Shown here: positions 47,124 to 56,217 of the stretch, in pieces | Numbering within the stretch: the stretch's first letter is position 1 | How the letters are laid out: each line of letters starts with the position of its first letter | IMG/VR virus record: IMGVR_UViG_3300043775_002158 | Location: 32,001 to 96,000 of that record | From: a virus | Length of the DNA: 64,000 nt | Strand: one strand, 5' to 3' | Position numbers and translations under genes: made by a program | Notes under the pieces: generated by a model | What the model was told of the DNA's origin: nothing | Seen by the model: only the letters and a program-made list of their open reading frames with translations | The model's database searches: none

Positions 47124-48410
47124 ATGAGCGAAAAATCAATTTTAGAACAAGCGTTACTTCAAGTACAAAATCTTGAAGAAGCAGTTAAGCAAAATGCAAA
47201 AGGTATACTTGCTTCAACAATGAAGGAAGAACTTAAAGATTTGCTAAAAGAATCATTGGAAGAAGAGGAAGAAGATGAAGTTATGGAACAACCAGAAACT
47301 GAAACTGATCCTGAAGGAGAGGAAGAACAAGATGTAACAGCTGACGACGAGTCTGCAGATGATGAATCTGAAGATGAAGTTGATGCAGATGTTGATGCAG
47401 ATACAGACCTCGATAATTTAGACTCAACAGATGACGTTGATTCAGATGTTGACGCTGACGTTGACATGGATGATATGAGTACCGATATGGATACTGATAT
47501 GGAATCTATGGATGACGAAGGTTCAATGGATGATGAAGACGTTATGGATATGACAAGTGCTTCAGACGATGAAGTTCTTAAAGTATTCAAAGCTATGAAA
47601 CCAGAAGATGGTATTGTAGTTAAAAAAGACGGTAACAATGTTGAATTCGGTGACGGTGAAGATGAATACATTATCAAATTAGATGGTGAAGATTCTGATA
47701 TCGATGCTGGTATGGACATGGGTACTGATGTTGATTCTGACCTTGAAATGGATGAAATGGATATGGAAGCTGATGCTGAAGTTGAAGAAAATTGGAATGA
47801 AGAAGAAATGCCTTCTGACAACCAAGAAGAAACTATCTATGAAATCGAATTAGACGAGGAAGAAGAGGAAGAAGAATCTGAAGTTTCTGAAGAAGAAGAA
47901 GATTCTAAAAAAGTTGAAGCTACTGAAGCTGCACGTACAAAATCAAACGTTCATGGAAACAAGAACGGTATGAGTAGAGCTGGTTTACCATCTAAAACAA
48001 AGTATAAAGCAGGTTCATCTATTAACGAAGAAGTTGAAACATTGAAAAAACAAAATGCTGAATATAAAAAGGCGTTAGTATTATTCAAGGATAAACTAAA
48101 TGAAGTTGCGGTATTCAATGCAAACTTAGCTTACGCTACACGTTTGTTTACTGAACATTCAACTACTAAACAAGAGAAATTGAATATATTAAAGAGATTT
48201 GATACAGTTTCTACTATGAATGAATCTAAAGGTTTATTCAACACAATCAAAACTGAATTAGGTTCAAAAACTACGGTTACCGAATCAGTTGCGACAAAAA
48301 TCTCTAACACTCCATCAACATCTTCTTCTACAGAGGTATTATCTGAGTCAAAAGCTTACGAGAACCCACAATTCAGTAGAATTAAGGAAATGATGAGAAA
48401 AATAAAATAA
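47124..48410 (+). CDS. Prohead core/scaffolding protein
   Basis: Highly acidic with a coiled-coil C-terminus; lies between protease and capsid genes. Confidence 0.8.
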   Translation: MSEKSILEQALLQVQNLEEAVKQNAKGILASTMKEELKDLLKESLEEEEEDEVMEQPETETDPEGEEEQDVTADDESADDESEDEVDADVDADTDLDNLDSTDDVDSDVDADVDMDDMSTDMDTDMESMDDEGSMDDEDVMDMTSASDDEVLKVFKAMKPEDGIVVKKDGNNVEFGDGEDEYIIKLDGEDSDIDAGMDMGTDVDSDLEMDEMDMEADAEVEENWNEEEMPSDNQEETIYEIELDEEEEEEESEVSEEEEDSKKVEATEAARTKSNVHGNKNGMSRAGLPSKTKYKAGSSINEEVETLKKQNAEYKKALVLFKDKLNEVAVFNANLAYATRLFTEHSTTKQEKLNILKRFDTVSTMNESKGLFNTIKTELGSKTTVTESVATKISNTPSTSSSTEVLSESKAYENPQFSRIKEMMRKIK

Positions 48411-48434
48411 AACAAAAACAAAATACAATTCAAA

Positions 48435-50201
48435 ATGGGAGCATTATTAGAATCAGGTATGGTTGGTAACATCGGTTTAAAACACCTTAGAGTTATCAAG
48501 GAAGATACCATCAAAAAATGGGACGAATTAGGCTTTTTAGAAGGTCTTGACGGTCACCAAAAAGATAACATCGCGCAATTATATGAAAACCAAGCGTCTT
48601 ACTTAATCAACGAAGCAGCAGTAGCTGATGCGTCTGGTTCTTTCGAGACTGTAGTTTTCCCTATCATTCGTCGTGTATTCTCTAAATTATTAGCTAACGA
48701 CATCGTGTCTGTACAAGCTATGAACTTACCAATCGGTAAATTATTCTATTTCATTCCTAAAATTCAGGAAAGAGATGGTAACGGTCACTACTCTCCTTAT
48801 GGTGGAGCAAACAACGATTTAGGTTTACCACAGAACGCACAATCAGGTTATACTGCTGGAAAGAGAAGTTTATATGATCGTTTTTACGAAGCTAGTGATG
48901 ATTTAGATCAAGGTCTTTTTGATTATTCAAAAGGAGCTTTCTCTGTTCAATCATTAACTGTTAACGGTTTTGCAACTTTCTCTAACGGTGAAGTTACTAC
49001 AAGTACATCGGCTATCGTGACTGGTACAACTAAATCTTATGTGATTTTAGAATTATCAGGTTTCACACAAGCTGGAGCTGGTAAATTGAAAGGACCAGAT
49101 GGTAATGAAATGGATTCTGAAGAATTCTTGGCTTCATTACAAGTGTTCACTTCGGACGCTAACTTGTTAAATCACTTAGGTGCTACAACAGGTACTTCAT
49201 TACCAATCAACATCGTAACTCAAAAGTACGGTAAAGGTATTGTAGAATATGGTGCAAAAACAACTAATGCTACACAAAACTATTATGATATTTGTGATTC
49301 TGATGGTAAAATCTATGTTCAAGTTGATTTACAAGTATATAGTGCAACTTCGGGTTATAGTGATTACGAAGTAACAGGTTCTACATTAGCAAAAAGTGAA
49401 TTCAACGCATCTTACCGCAAGTATGAGACATTAGAATTTGAAGAGCAAATTGGTGAAGTATCTTTTGATTTAGAGTCAGTAACAGTTTCTGTAACTGAAA
49501 GAAAATTAAGAGCTAGCTGGTCTCCAGAATTAGCACAAGATGTTAGTGCATTCCACAACATCGATGCTGAAGCTGAATTGACAGCTTTATTATCAGAGCA
49601 AATCGCTGCTGAAGTTGACCGTGAAATCTTACGTGATTTACGTAAAGGTGCTGCATGGACTGCTAAATGGGATTACAATGAGTGGAAATACGGTGGAACT
49701 GGTGGTGCAACTTTACAAGGTTACACTCAGAAAGATTGGAACCAAACTTTGGTTACAAAAATCAACCAAATTTCAGCTCAAATCCACAAAACTACGTTAA
49801 GAGGTGGTGCTAACTGGATCGTTGTTTCTTCAGAAGTTTCTGCAGTATTCGATGATTTAGAGTATTTCCACGTTTCTAACGCAGAACCAGAACAAGATCA
49901 ATATAACATGGGTATCGAGAAAATCGGTACAGTAGGTGGTCGTTACCAAGTGTATCGTGATCCTTACTTCCCAGCAAACAAGATCTTGATTGGTCATAAA
50001 GGTAAGTCTTTGTTAGATGCAGGTTATGTATACGCACCATATGTGCCATTACAATTAACTCCTACAATGTACAATCCATTTAACATGACTCCAATCAAAG
50101 GTATCATGACACGTTACGCAAAGAAAATGGTGAACAACCGTTACTTCGGTGTAATCGATGTAAAAGGTATCCAAGTGTTTGGTTTAGATACATTAAGATA
50201 A
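48435..50201 (+). CDS. Major capsid protein (T4 gp23-like)
   Basis: VSVQAMNLP, RKLRASWSPELAQD, EVDREI, YAPYVPL, GIMTRY; high-expression codon bias. Confidence 0.97.
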   Translation: MGALLESGMVGNIGLKHLRVIKEDTIKKWDELGFLEGLDGHQKDNIAQLYENQASYLINEAAVADASGSFETVVFPIIRRVFSKLLANDIVSVQAMNLPIGKLFYFIPKIQERDGNGHYSPYGGANNDLGLPQNAQSGYTAGKRSLYDRFYEASDDLDQGLFDYSKGAFSVQSLTVNGFATFSNGEVTTSTSAIVTGTTKSYVILELSGFTQAGAGKLKGPDGNEMDSEEFLASLQVFTSDANLLNHLGATTGTSLPINIVTQKYGKGIVEYGAKTTNATQNYYDICDSDGKIYVQVDLQVYSATSGYSDYEVTGSTLAKSEFNASYRKYETLEFEEQIGEVSFDLESVTVSVTERKLRASWSPELAQDVSAFHNIDAEAELTALLSEQIAAEVDREILRDLRKGAAWTAKWDYNEWKYGGTGGATLQGYTQKDWNQTLVTKINQISAQIHKTTLRGGANWIVVSSEVSAVFDDLEYFHVSNAEPEQDQYNMGIEKIGTVGGRYQVYRDPYFPANKILIGHKGKSLLDAGYVYAPYVPLQLTPTMYNPFNMTPIKGIMTRYAKKMVNNRYFGVIDVKGIQVFGLDTLR

Positions 50202-50219
50202 TCTTAATATTATCAATAG

Positions 50220-50248
50220 AAAAACCCTCGAGAAATCGGGGGTTTTTT
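50220..50248 (+). terminator. Terminator after the capsid gene
   Basis: AAAACCCTCGA-GAAA-TCGGGGGTTTTTT. Confidence 0.8.
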
Positions 50249-50287
50249 ATTTTTGGTATATTCTAAATAAAGTTGTATATTTGTAAT

Positions 50288-50584
50288 ATGGAATACGAAA
50301 ACCTACGATTAGACATTCTAACCAAACTCATAGATGAGAGGGGAATTGTGTGTAAAAATAAGAAAGACGTAATGATTGAACATCTCAAAATGGATGATGA
50401 GGGGAAATATGTACGTGAAACTACCTATGAAAAGTGGGAAGGACGTTTTTTAGTGGGTATAGACCTTAAAAACGGACCTCATTTAATACAGATGGGTAAG
50501 TTAGTAGAAAAGAAAGAGGCGTCCCCTAAGGGTCTCTATGCGTCAGATAGAGTATATTTTATTTCTGGTCAAAAATTAATTTAA
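50288..50584 (+). CDS. Hypothetical protein (start reassigned to MEYENL)
   Basis: Follows a TTTG-N20-TATATTTG promoter at 50252-50283. Confidence 0.7.
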   Translation: MEYENLRLDILTKLIDERGIVCKNKKDVMIEHLKMDDEGKYVRETTYEKWEGRFLVGIDLKNGPHLIQMGKLVEKKEASPKGLYASDRVYFISGQKLI

Positions 50585-50585
50585 A

Positions 50586-51338
50586 TTACCAAGTTCTACA
50601 AGCCCAATATCTTGGTTTCCAACGAGGACCCGGATTTGAACAATTGTGTCTCGCTCTAAATGATTTACGTCTTTTTGGGTTATTTTTCTTAATAACCATT
50701 CTTTTACCTTTTGCAGATTTACCGCCAAAACCAAAGTTTACTTTAACGACTTTACCTTTGTCGTTTTTAACATAAACTTTAAATTTCTTAATGTCTCCTT
50801 GCATGATTTTACCAAGTTGAACTTTACGTCCTTGATATTCCGCTTCATTTAAAAGACCTAAATCATATTCATATTTAGTATTTTGTACTGAACCGTTTTC
50901 ATCTTCGTAAATTAATACGGGGGTTTGTTCATTATATTCGAAAAGTCTTTCGAATTGATCTTCAGATATTTGAATTATTGTTCTCTTTTCCATATTTTCA
51001 TCAAATTTAGTCATCGTTGGTTTATTACCCTTACCTACTTTAGGGTCTTTTTTTTCTGCTCTTCTTTTTTGTGAAGTCATTGATTTCTTTTCTTTTTTAC
51101 TATATGAAGATGCAACTTTTGGGGTTTCTTTTGATACTTTTTTAGATGGTCTACATTTTGGATATGATTTACCATCGGCATCTTTTCTACCACAAGGAGG
51201 ATGTTTACCATCTACTTTTTTACTAACATCTACCCATTTTTCTTTGAACCATCTTCTAAGGTCTTCTTTTAAAACCTCACCTGATTTAATTGATTCTTCT
51301 ATATATTCTTTATCTTCCTTTGAAACAATTATTCTCAT
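50586..51338 (-). CDS. Basic two-domain phage protein
   Basis: LRRWFKEKWVD..CGR..YPKCRP and KFKVYVK..VNFG..SFRARHNC..YWAC modules. Confidence 0.78.
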   Translation of the reverse strand: MRIIVSKEDKEYIEESIKSGEVLKEDLRRWFKEKWVDVSKKVDGKHPPCGRKDADGKSYPKCRPSKKVSKETPKVASSYSKKEKKSMTSQKRRAEKKDPKVGKGNKPTMTKFDENMEKRTIIQISEDQFERLFEYNEQTPVLIYEDENGSVQNTKYEYDLGLLNEAEYQGRKVQLGKIMQGDIKKFKVYVKNDKGKVVKVNFGFGGKSAKGKRMVIKKNNPKRRKSFRARHNCSNPGPRWKPRYWACRTW

Positions 51339-51339
51339 A

Positions 51340-51618
51340 TTATTTAATTTTATTTACCTCATTAACAAATTTATGACACTTATCGGATACCTTACCCTTA
51401 TCGTGGTCTGTAATGGATAACTTTACATTATCATAATGAACCGTCATATCGGGATGATGATTTTGTTTGTTGGCAATTTTCATTACCTCATTCACAAATG
51501 TCATAACCTCCTTATAATCTTTAAAATAAAATGTTTTAATTAGTTTACCACTTACTTCCTCCCAATTACTACTATTCATAATTTTATTTTTTTGGTCTTC
51601 GGTTATTATTATTCTCAT
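51340..51618 (-). CDS. Pterin-4-alpha-carbinolamine dehydratase
   Basis: F.FKDY..., NHHPD and TDHD motifs. Confidence 0.88.
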   Translation of the reverse strand: MRIIITEDQKNKIMNSSNWEEVSGKLIKTFYFKDYKEVMTFVNEVMKIANKQNHHPDMTVHYDNVKLSITDHDKGKVSDKCHKFVNEVNKIK

Positions 51619-51619
51619 G

Positions 51620-52381
51620 TTATAATTTAGTATCTTTTAAGAATTTATTGTGAGAATCTTTATATGATTTTTGACTTTCGTCGTTAATATCTTTAGTATA
51701 CTGCCAATTCCAATACAAATCATCGTTTGTTTTAAAACCGTAAAATGAATGAACTTGTTTTTGTAAATCAACAACATTACTTCCATTCCAATTATGCCCC
51801 GTACAAATGTATCCAGACTCAACATCCTTTACTATATTAGATTCATTTTGTGTTGTATGTCTATTTTCAATCCAATTAAGTCTTTCAATTAGATTTTGAT
51901 AATACATATTTGCCTGTCCCCATCTAATCGAACTAAAAAATACAACCGTATCAGATTCAAATAGTTCTTTAGATATTTTCCAAAGTTCATCTGATTTGTT
52001 ATTGATACTAGCCCAACATCTGTGATGACCTGAAGGATTTTTATCCTTATCATCGAGTTTGGATTTCAATACTCCACATGAATCTCCGTCTTTTCTTGAT
52101 ACATTACCTTCACAAGGAAATATCTTAAGTTCAGGTACATCTATTAAAACAGATTTGTCACCCAATTCTTCGTTAAGATACATTGCAATCATTTTAGATT
52201 TTGGTATATCAATATCATTTTCGTCCCAATTATGTCTATTAGAACAACTTAATAGTAAAACTTTTTTCTTCTTTTTAAGAACGTCCAATGTTTTCTTTAT
52301 AGATTTCCAAGCATCAGATTGTACCATCTCCTCAGAAATCATCATTTCCCTAATCCTTTGTATGTTCTCTTGTAAGTTCAT
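51620..52381 (-). CDS. Flavodoxin-like / NADPH-dependent FMN reductase family
   Basis: CSNR, IFPCEG, SDTVVFFSSIRWG, LIERL. Confidence 0.75.
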   Translation of the reverse strand: MNLQENIQRIREMMISEEMVQSDAWKSIKKTLDVLKKKKKVLLLSCSNRHNWDENDIDIPKSKMIAMYLNEELGDKSVLIDVPELKIFPCEGNVSRKDGDSCGVLKSKLDDKDKNPSGHHRCWASINNKSDELWKISKELFESDTVVFFSSIRWGQANMYYQNLIERLNWIENRHTTQNESNIVKDVESGYICTGHNWNGSNVVDLQKQVHSFYGFKTNDDLYWNWQYTKDINDESQKSYKDSHNKFLKDTKL

Positions 52382-53038
52382 CTATTTACATTTTTTCCAT
52401 CCACCGCCTTTCGCCTTATAATCTTTTGCCGCGAACCCATTTGCGTAGGCTGAAGGGTAGACGTCAAATTTGGCTTTAGCTTTAGCTTTAGATGCTGCCC
52501 ACTTTGCGGGATCTGTTGGACAGTTCTTACTTTCGTCTATTTCTTCTTCGGTAGTTTCATTTTTAGGCGTTTTACCTTGCTTCTTCATATTGATAGCAAT
52601 TGCTGCTTGTTGTGCGGGACTACTTGCTTCGTTTGTTGGAACACAGTTTGGTACCATTTTTCCGTTTTTCTTCTTACCACCAACTTGTTTATAACCATCC
52701 CAACATTTTTCATTAAGTTCTCCTTCTTCGTTCAAACTAAATTGATCCATGTCAGCGGTAACATCTTGACTATCTTTACGTTTTGTTTCATTCATAAAGA
52801 AATCAAAAACTTGATCCATATTGTTTTTAGCTTCGGATACGTGATCGTCAGCCCAATCATGACCATTTTGTATAATTTGATCTAACTCTTGTGGATCCAT
52901 TTTCATTAACATTTCACATTGTCTGTGAATTTGTTGTAAATTACTGAAAAACATATAGTTTTCAGTCATTTTATTTTCATTTATAATCTTAGTAATATAT
53001 TTTCTAAGATCGTTTTCTTTTAGTCTAATTACTTTCAT
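52382..53038 (-). CDS. Hypothetical modular virion-type protein
   Basis: CWDGYKQVG..VPNCVP and KFDVYPSAYAN..GGGWK modules. Confidence 0.75.
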   Translation of the reverse strand: MKVIRLKENDLRKYITKIINENKMTENYMFFSNLQQIHRQCEMLMKMDPQELDQIIQNGHDWADDHVSEAKNNMDQVFDFFMNETKRKDSQDVTADMDQFSLNEEGELNEKCWDGYKQVGGKKKNGKMVPNCVPTNEASSPAQQAAIAINMKKQGKTPKNETTEEEIDESKNCPTDPAKWAASKAKAKAKFDVYPSAYANGFAAKDYKAKGGGWKKCK

Positions 53039-53053
53039 AATATATAAATAGTT

Positions 53054-54475
53054 TTATTTTTCTGAGACAATCTCAAATTTAATATGTTCGTTATAGAATA
53101 TTTCTTCGGTGTGAGTTTTGGCTTTGATTTCGATAAAGTATTCTCTTGGAATATAAACTGAAGTATCAAAATGGAATGAATTTTCATTAGTTTTATCTAA
53201 TAAAGTCCAGTCATGTACATTTACATTTGTGGTACCTTCTTTAATAAACATTCTAAAATAAACTTCATTAAATAAGTTGGATTTTTGAACATCTATCGAT
53301 TTAATGGTTACAACCACTTTTCTCAATTCACCTCTTACAATCTTTTCGTTTTGTTTTATACCAAAGTATTGTATTTTATATCTTTGTAATTCCGTTTGAT
53401 TTTCTCCAATTGTATATTGTGCGGTAAATGGTTTAGGAACAAATTTTTGTTTCACGTTGGAAATATCAATTCCGTCAATCGAAAGGTTTGTCCATTCATC
53501 ATAAAAAAATCTCTTACCATCACATAAATTACCATCAATACCTAATTTTACTTTGTAAACTCCCTTTTTAACTCTTGTAACTTCTTGTTGATTACCTAAA
53601 CCTTCGATAACATTGTTATTAGAATCTAAAATATTAACTATTGGCATAGTGTCTAAATTGTAGAAATTAGTACCTTTAGTAACATATAGATATAAGTAAT
53701 TATAAACACCCGCAGCAAAATTTGTTCTATTATCGTCAATTCTATCATTTACAAATGTCTCGACGTAAGGCTCAAAAAATGTTTGTGTATATTTTGTAAA
53801 GAACGAAACTGACTTATCATATTCAGGTGTGAGATCTTGATAAGGTAAAGAAAACGCCAATCCAAATCCTTTAATTTGACTCAATTTGGTACCAAAATTT
53901 AATACTTCATTTCTTAATCTTTGGTTAATATAACTTGTTAAATCAAAATCAATATTTTCGTTTCCATTATCAAAATGTATTGTTCCAACTATAGTTGGGT
54001 TTTCAGCATAAATTCCTGATGTTGTCCAAGCATCTACAGTCGTTCTATTAAACCAATTTGAGGGGTTTTGATCAAAAACTGTATCATCATCCACCGTATC
54101 TGACGGAGCATTGACATAATCAAATCCAACTCCTTCATCCCATTCTTCAGTAATTTCAAATAATATTAGATCAAAAGAGGTTGCTCTTTGTCTACCAGTA
54201 CTTCTACCTTGACCTTTAAATCCCTCATCACCAAATATACAATTTGTTAGGTGCAATGTATGTGATACAGTATTACCACTAACACCAATATCTGTAAGAG
54301 TCAATTCGCCATTACTTAATTTTCCAATTAAATCTGTAAAATCAACCTTAAATATAAATTTAGAAAAAGTGCTATTACCGTAATAAATCTCCGTAGTTGG
54401 ATTTTTAGCGGTATTTGTGGTTGAACCCTTTATAATAGTATTGTTCTTTTCAAAATAGGAACGTAAATATGACAT
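53054..54475 (-). CDS. Probable structural (tail/baseplate) protein
   Basis: Beta-rich 473 aa; late motif at 54487-54494. Confidence 0.65.
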   Translation of the reverse strand: MSYLRSYFEKNNTIIKGSTTNTAKNPTTEIYYGNSTFSKFIFKVDFTDLIGKLSNGELTLTDIGVSGNTVSHTLHLTNCIFGDEGFKGQGRSTGRQRATSFDLILFEITEEWDEGVGFDYVNAPSDTVDDDTVFDQNPSNWFNRTTVDAWTTSGIYAENPTIVGTIHFDNGNENIDFDLTSYINQRLRNEVLNFGTKLSQIKGFGLAFSLPYQDLTPEYDKSVSFFTKYTQTFFEPYVETFVNDRIDDNRTNFAAGVYNYLYLYVTKGTNFYNLDTMPIVNILDSNNNVIEGLGNQQEVTRVKKGVYKVKLGIDGNLCDGKRFFYDEWTNLSIDGIDISNVKQKFVPKPFTAQYTIGENQTELQRYKIQYFGIKQNEKIVRGELRKVVVTIKSIDVQKSNLFNEVYFRMFIKEGTTNVNVHDWTLLDKTNENSFHFDTSVYIPREYFIEIKAKTHTEEIFYNEHIKFEIVSEK

Positions 54476-54499
54476 CTCTTTTTTATTATAAATATCAAA

Positions 54500-56014
54500 T
54501 TAGTTGATTCTAATCGATTTATTTAAAATGTCATTCTCAATGGTCTTAAAAAGTTCCTTAAGTTCATTACCATGATCGTAGTCGTATTGTCCCGATATTG
54601 GCATTAATGGGTTATGTCTATGGGTGAAAATAACTTCTATCATTTTACTAAGTAATTTTAATAGATTTTCACCCCTTACCGTTGAAAAGGTTGAAGGTTC
54701 AATTTTTTCAATATAATCTTGTTGAGATAACTCATAACCATTTAAATCAACAAATGGTACTGGATTAGAGGATTCGTTCGTACCTAAATCAGTTGATAAT
54801 AGATAAAGTTTATCCACTAACATAGCTCCGAATGTTTGTTCGGCGCTATTATTATCGATTTTAGCAACCTTCTCAATCGAATTAACGGGGTTAACTTCCG
54901 CCTTCGCTCTTGTTGCTGACCATATTAAACCAGCACCAGGACCAATTCTTAATACGTTAATTCCATTCAAAATAGTTTGTTTATTATTTAATTCATCCGT
55001 AGTTGATAAAGATCTTTTAAAATTAGTGTATGGTCTAAAAAAGAACGGATGTATATCATCTGAAGGATATTGAGTGTTTAATTCATTTAATCCCTTATCG
55101 TGTATTAAAAATATTTTATCTCTTATTTCTCTATAAATGTCGGATATGTCTGTTACGGTTACTTGATAAGTAGGTGTTGTATTTGTGTTGTCGGTATTAA
55201 TTAACTTAATTAAAGAAGATTGAACCTCGGTATTTTCGGTAAAGTAATTTGTTTTAAACAGATCACCTAACGCTCCATTTACTTTATAGACATACAAACT
55301 AATAGTATAACCCGTCGCACCATTTACAAAACTATTTACATCATATTCAATAATATAATTTAAATCTTTATTTTCACTTAAATTTTCGGTAGTTAAAACC
55401 TCCTCTAAGTTCATTTTTTTAGGGAATTTTTTTAAATAAATCCTTGATGACTTTTTAGCCATTAAAGGATAATCTAACATAGTTTGTCTATTGACAGTAC
55501 TAGCTGCTTCTTTGGATAATAATTTACCTCCCCTCAACTGTAATCCATTTTCCGTAAAAAGAACATCAGAACCACTCTTACCATATATTGCAAAATCTTT
55601 TTCTTTTGCAAATGTATTTTCAGATTTTTTATTTATATATTCTCCTGTTGAATTTCTAATATTTGCTTTATGTTTAACATTTGTACCGTAAGTGGTGTTC
55701 GCTATTTGTTGTGAAAATGTTTGTCCGTTATAATCATACATCGTTGTAAATGGACCAGCAATGTATTCAACGTTTACCGTATCTTTATCAGTATTGTATT
55801 GTATTATTTTTACAGATTGATTAATCTCAGGAATAAAATTGACGTTAGAAGGTAAGAAAGGATTGGCAATAAATAAATCTCTATCACTCCATGGTTCATA
55901 GTCAATTGCACCTTCTTTCTGTCCCGTATATTCGTTATAACGACTAACCCTTATTCTACCAATACCTAAAGGGTCAACATTATCAATACATTTACCAATA
56001 TCTATTATTTTCAT
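54500..56014 (-). CDS. Baseplate hub/spike-like protein (gp5 OB-fold N-terminus)
   Basis: DNVDPLGIGRIRV..P..NQSV; C-terminal HRH. Confidence 0.7.
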   Translation of the reverse strand: MKIIDIGKCIDNVDPLGIGRIRVSRYNEYTGQKEGAIDYEPWSDRDLFIANPFLPSNVNFIPEINQSVKIIQYNTDKDTVNVEYIAGPFTTMYDYNGQTFSQQIANTTYGTNVKHKANIRNSTGEYINKKSENTFAKEKDFAIYGKSGSDVLFTENGLQLRGGKLLSKEAASTVNRQTMLDYPLMAKKSSRIYLKKFPKKMNLEEVLTTENLSENKDLNYIIEYDVNSFVNGATGYTISLYVYKVNGALGDLFKTNYFTENTEVQSSLIKLINTDNTNTTPTYQVTVTDISDIYREIRDKIFLIHDKGLNELNTQYPSDDIHPFFFRPYTNFKRSLSTTDELNNKQTILNGINVLRIGPGAGLIWSATRAKAEVNPVNSIEKVAKIDNNSAEQTFGAMLVDKLYLLSTDLGTNESSNPVPFVDLNGYELSQQDYIEKIEPSTFSTVRGENLLKLLSKMIEVIFTHRHNPLMPISGQYDYDHGNELKELFKTIENDILNKSIRIN

Positions 56015-56214
56015 TTCCCTGTATATCTTTTTTCTATTTCTTTATTAACCTTATTATATAAACTTTCAACACCATCTAAATGTCTAGTTAAATCAATAAT
56101 TAATTCTTTAGTTTTTTCAAATTCCTCATTTAATTCATCTGCAACAATCATTAAATCTTTATTAGATTTATTTTCAACATCGTTTGCAATTTCAATTAAT
56201 TTTTGACTTTCCAT
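56011..56214 (-). CDS. Small coiled-coil protein
   Basis: ATGA coupling. Confidence 0.7.
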   Translation of the reverse strand: MESQKLIEIANDVENKSNKDLMIVADELNEEFEKTKELIIDLTRHLDGVESLYNKVNKEIEKRYTGK

Positions 56215-56217
56215 ATC

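Noticed and set aside
47159-47821. 220-aa Ser-rich antisense ORF (also 40430..40951, 5977..6375 and similar)
   Set aside because: Reverse-frame shadows of acidic, codon-biased genes
41189-50201. Inteins or introns in terminase, portal or capsid genes
   Set aside because: Lengths are normal, ORFs are continuous, and no intein splice motifs were seen
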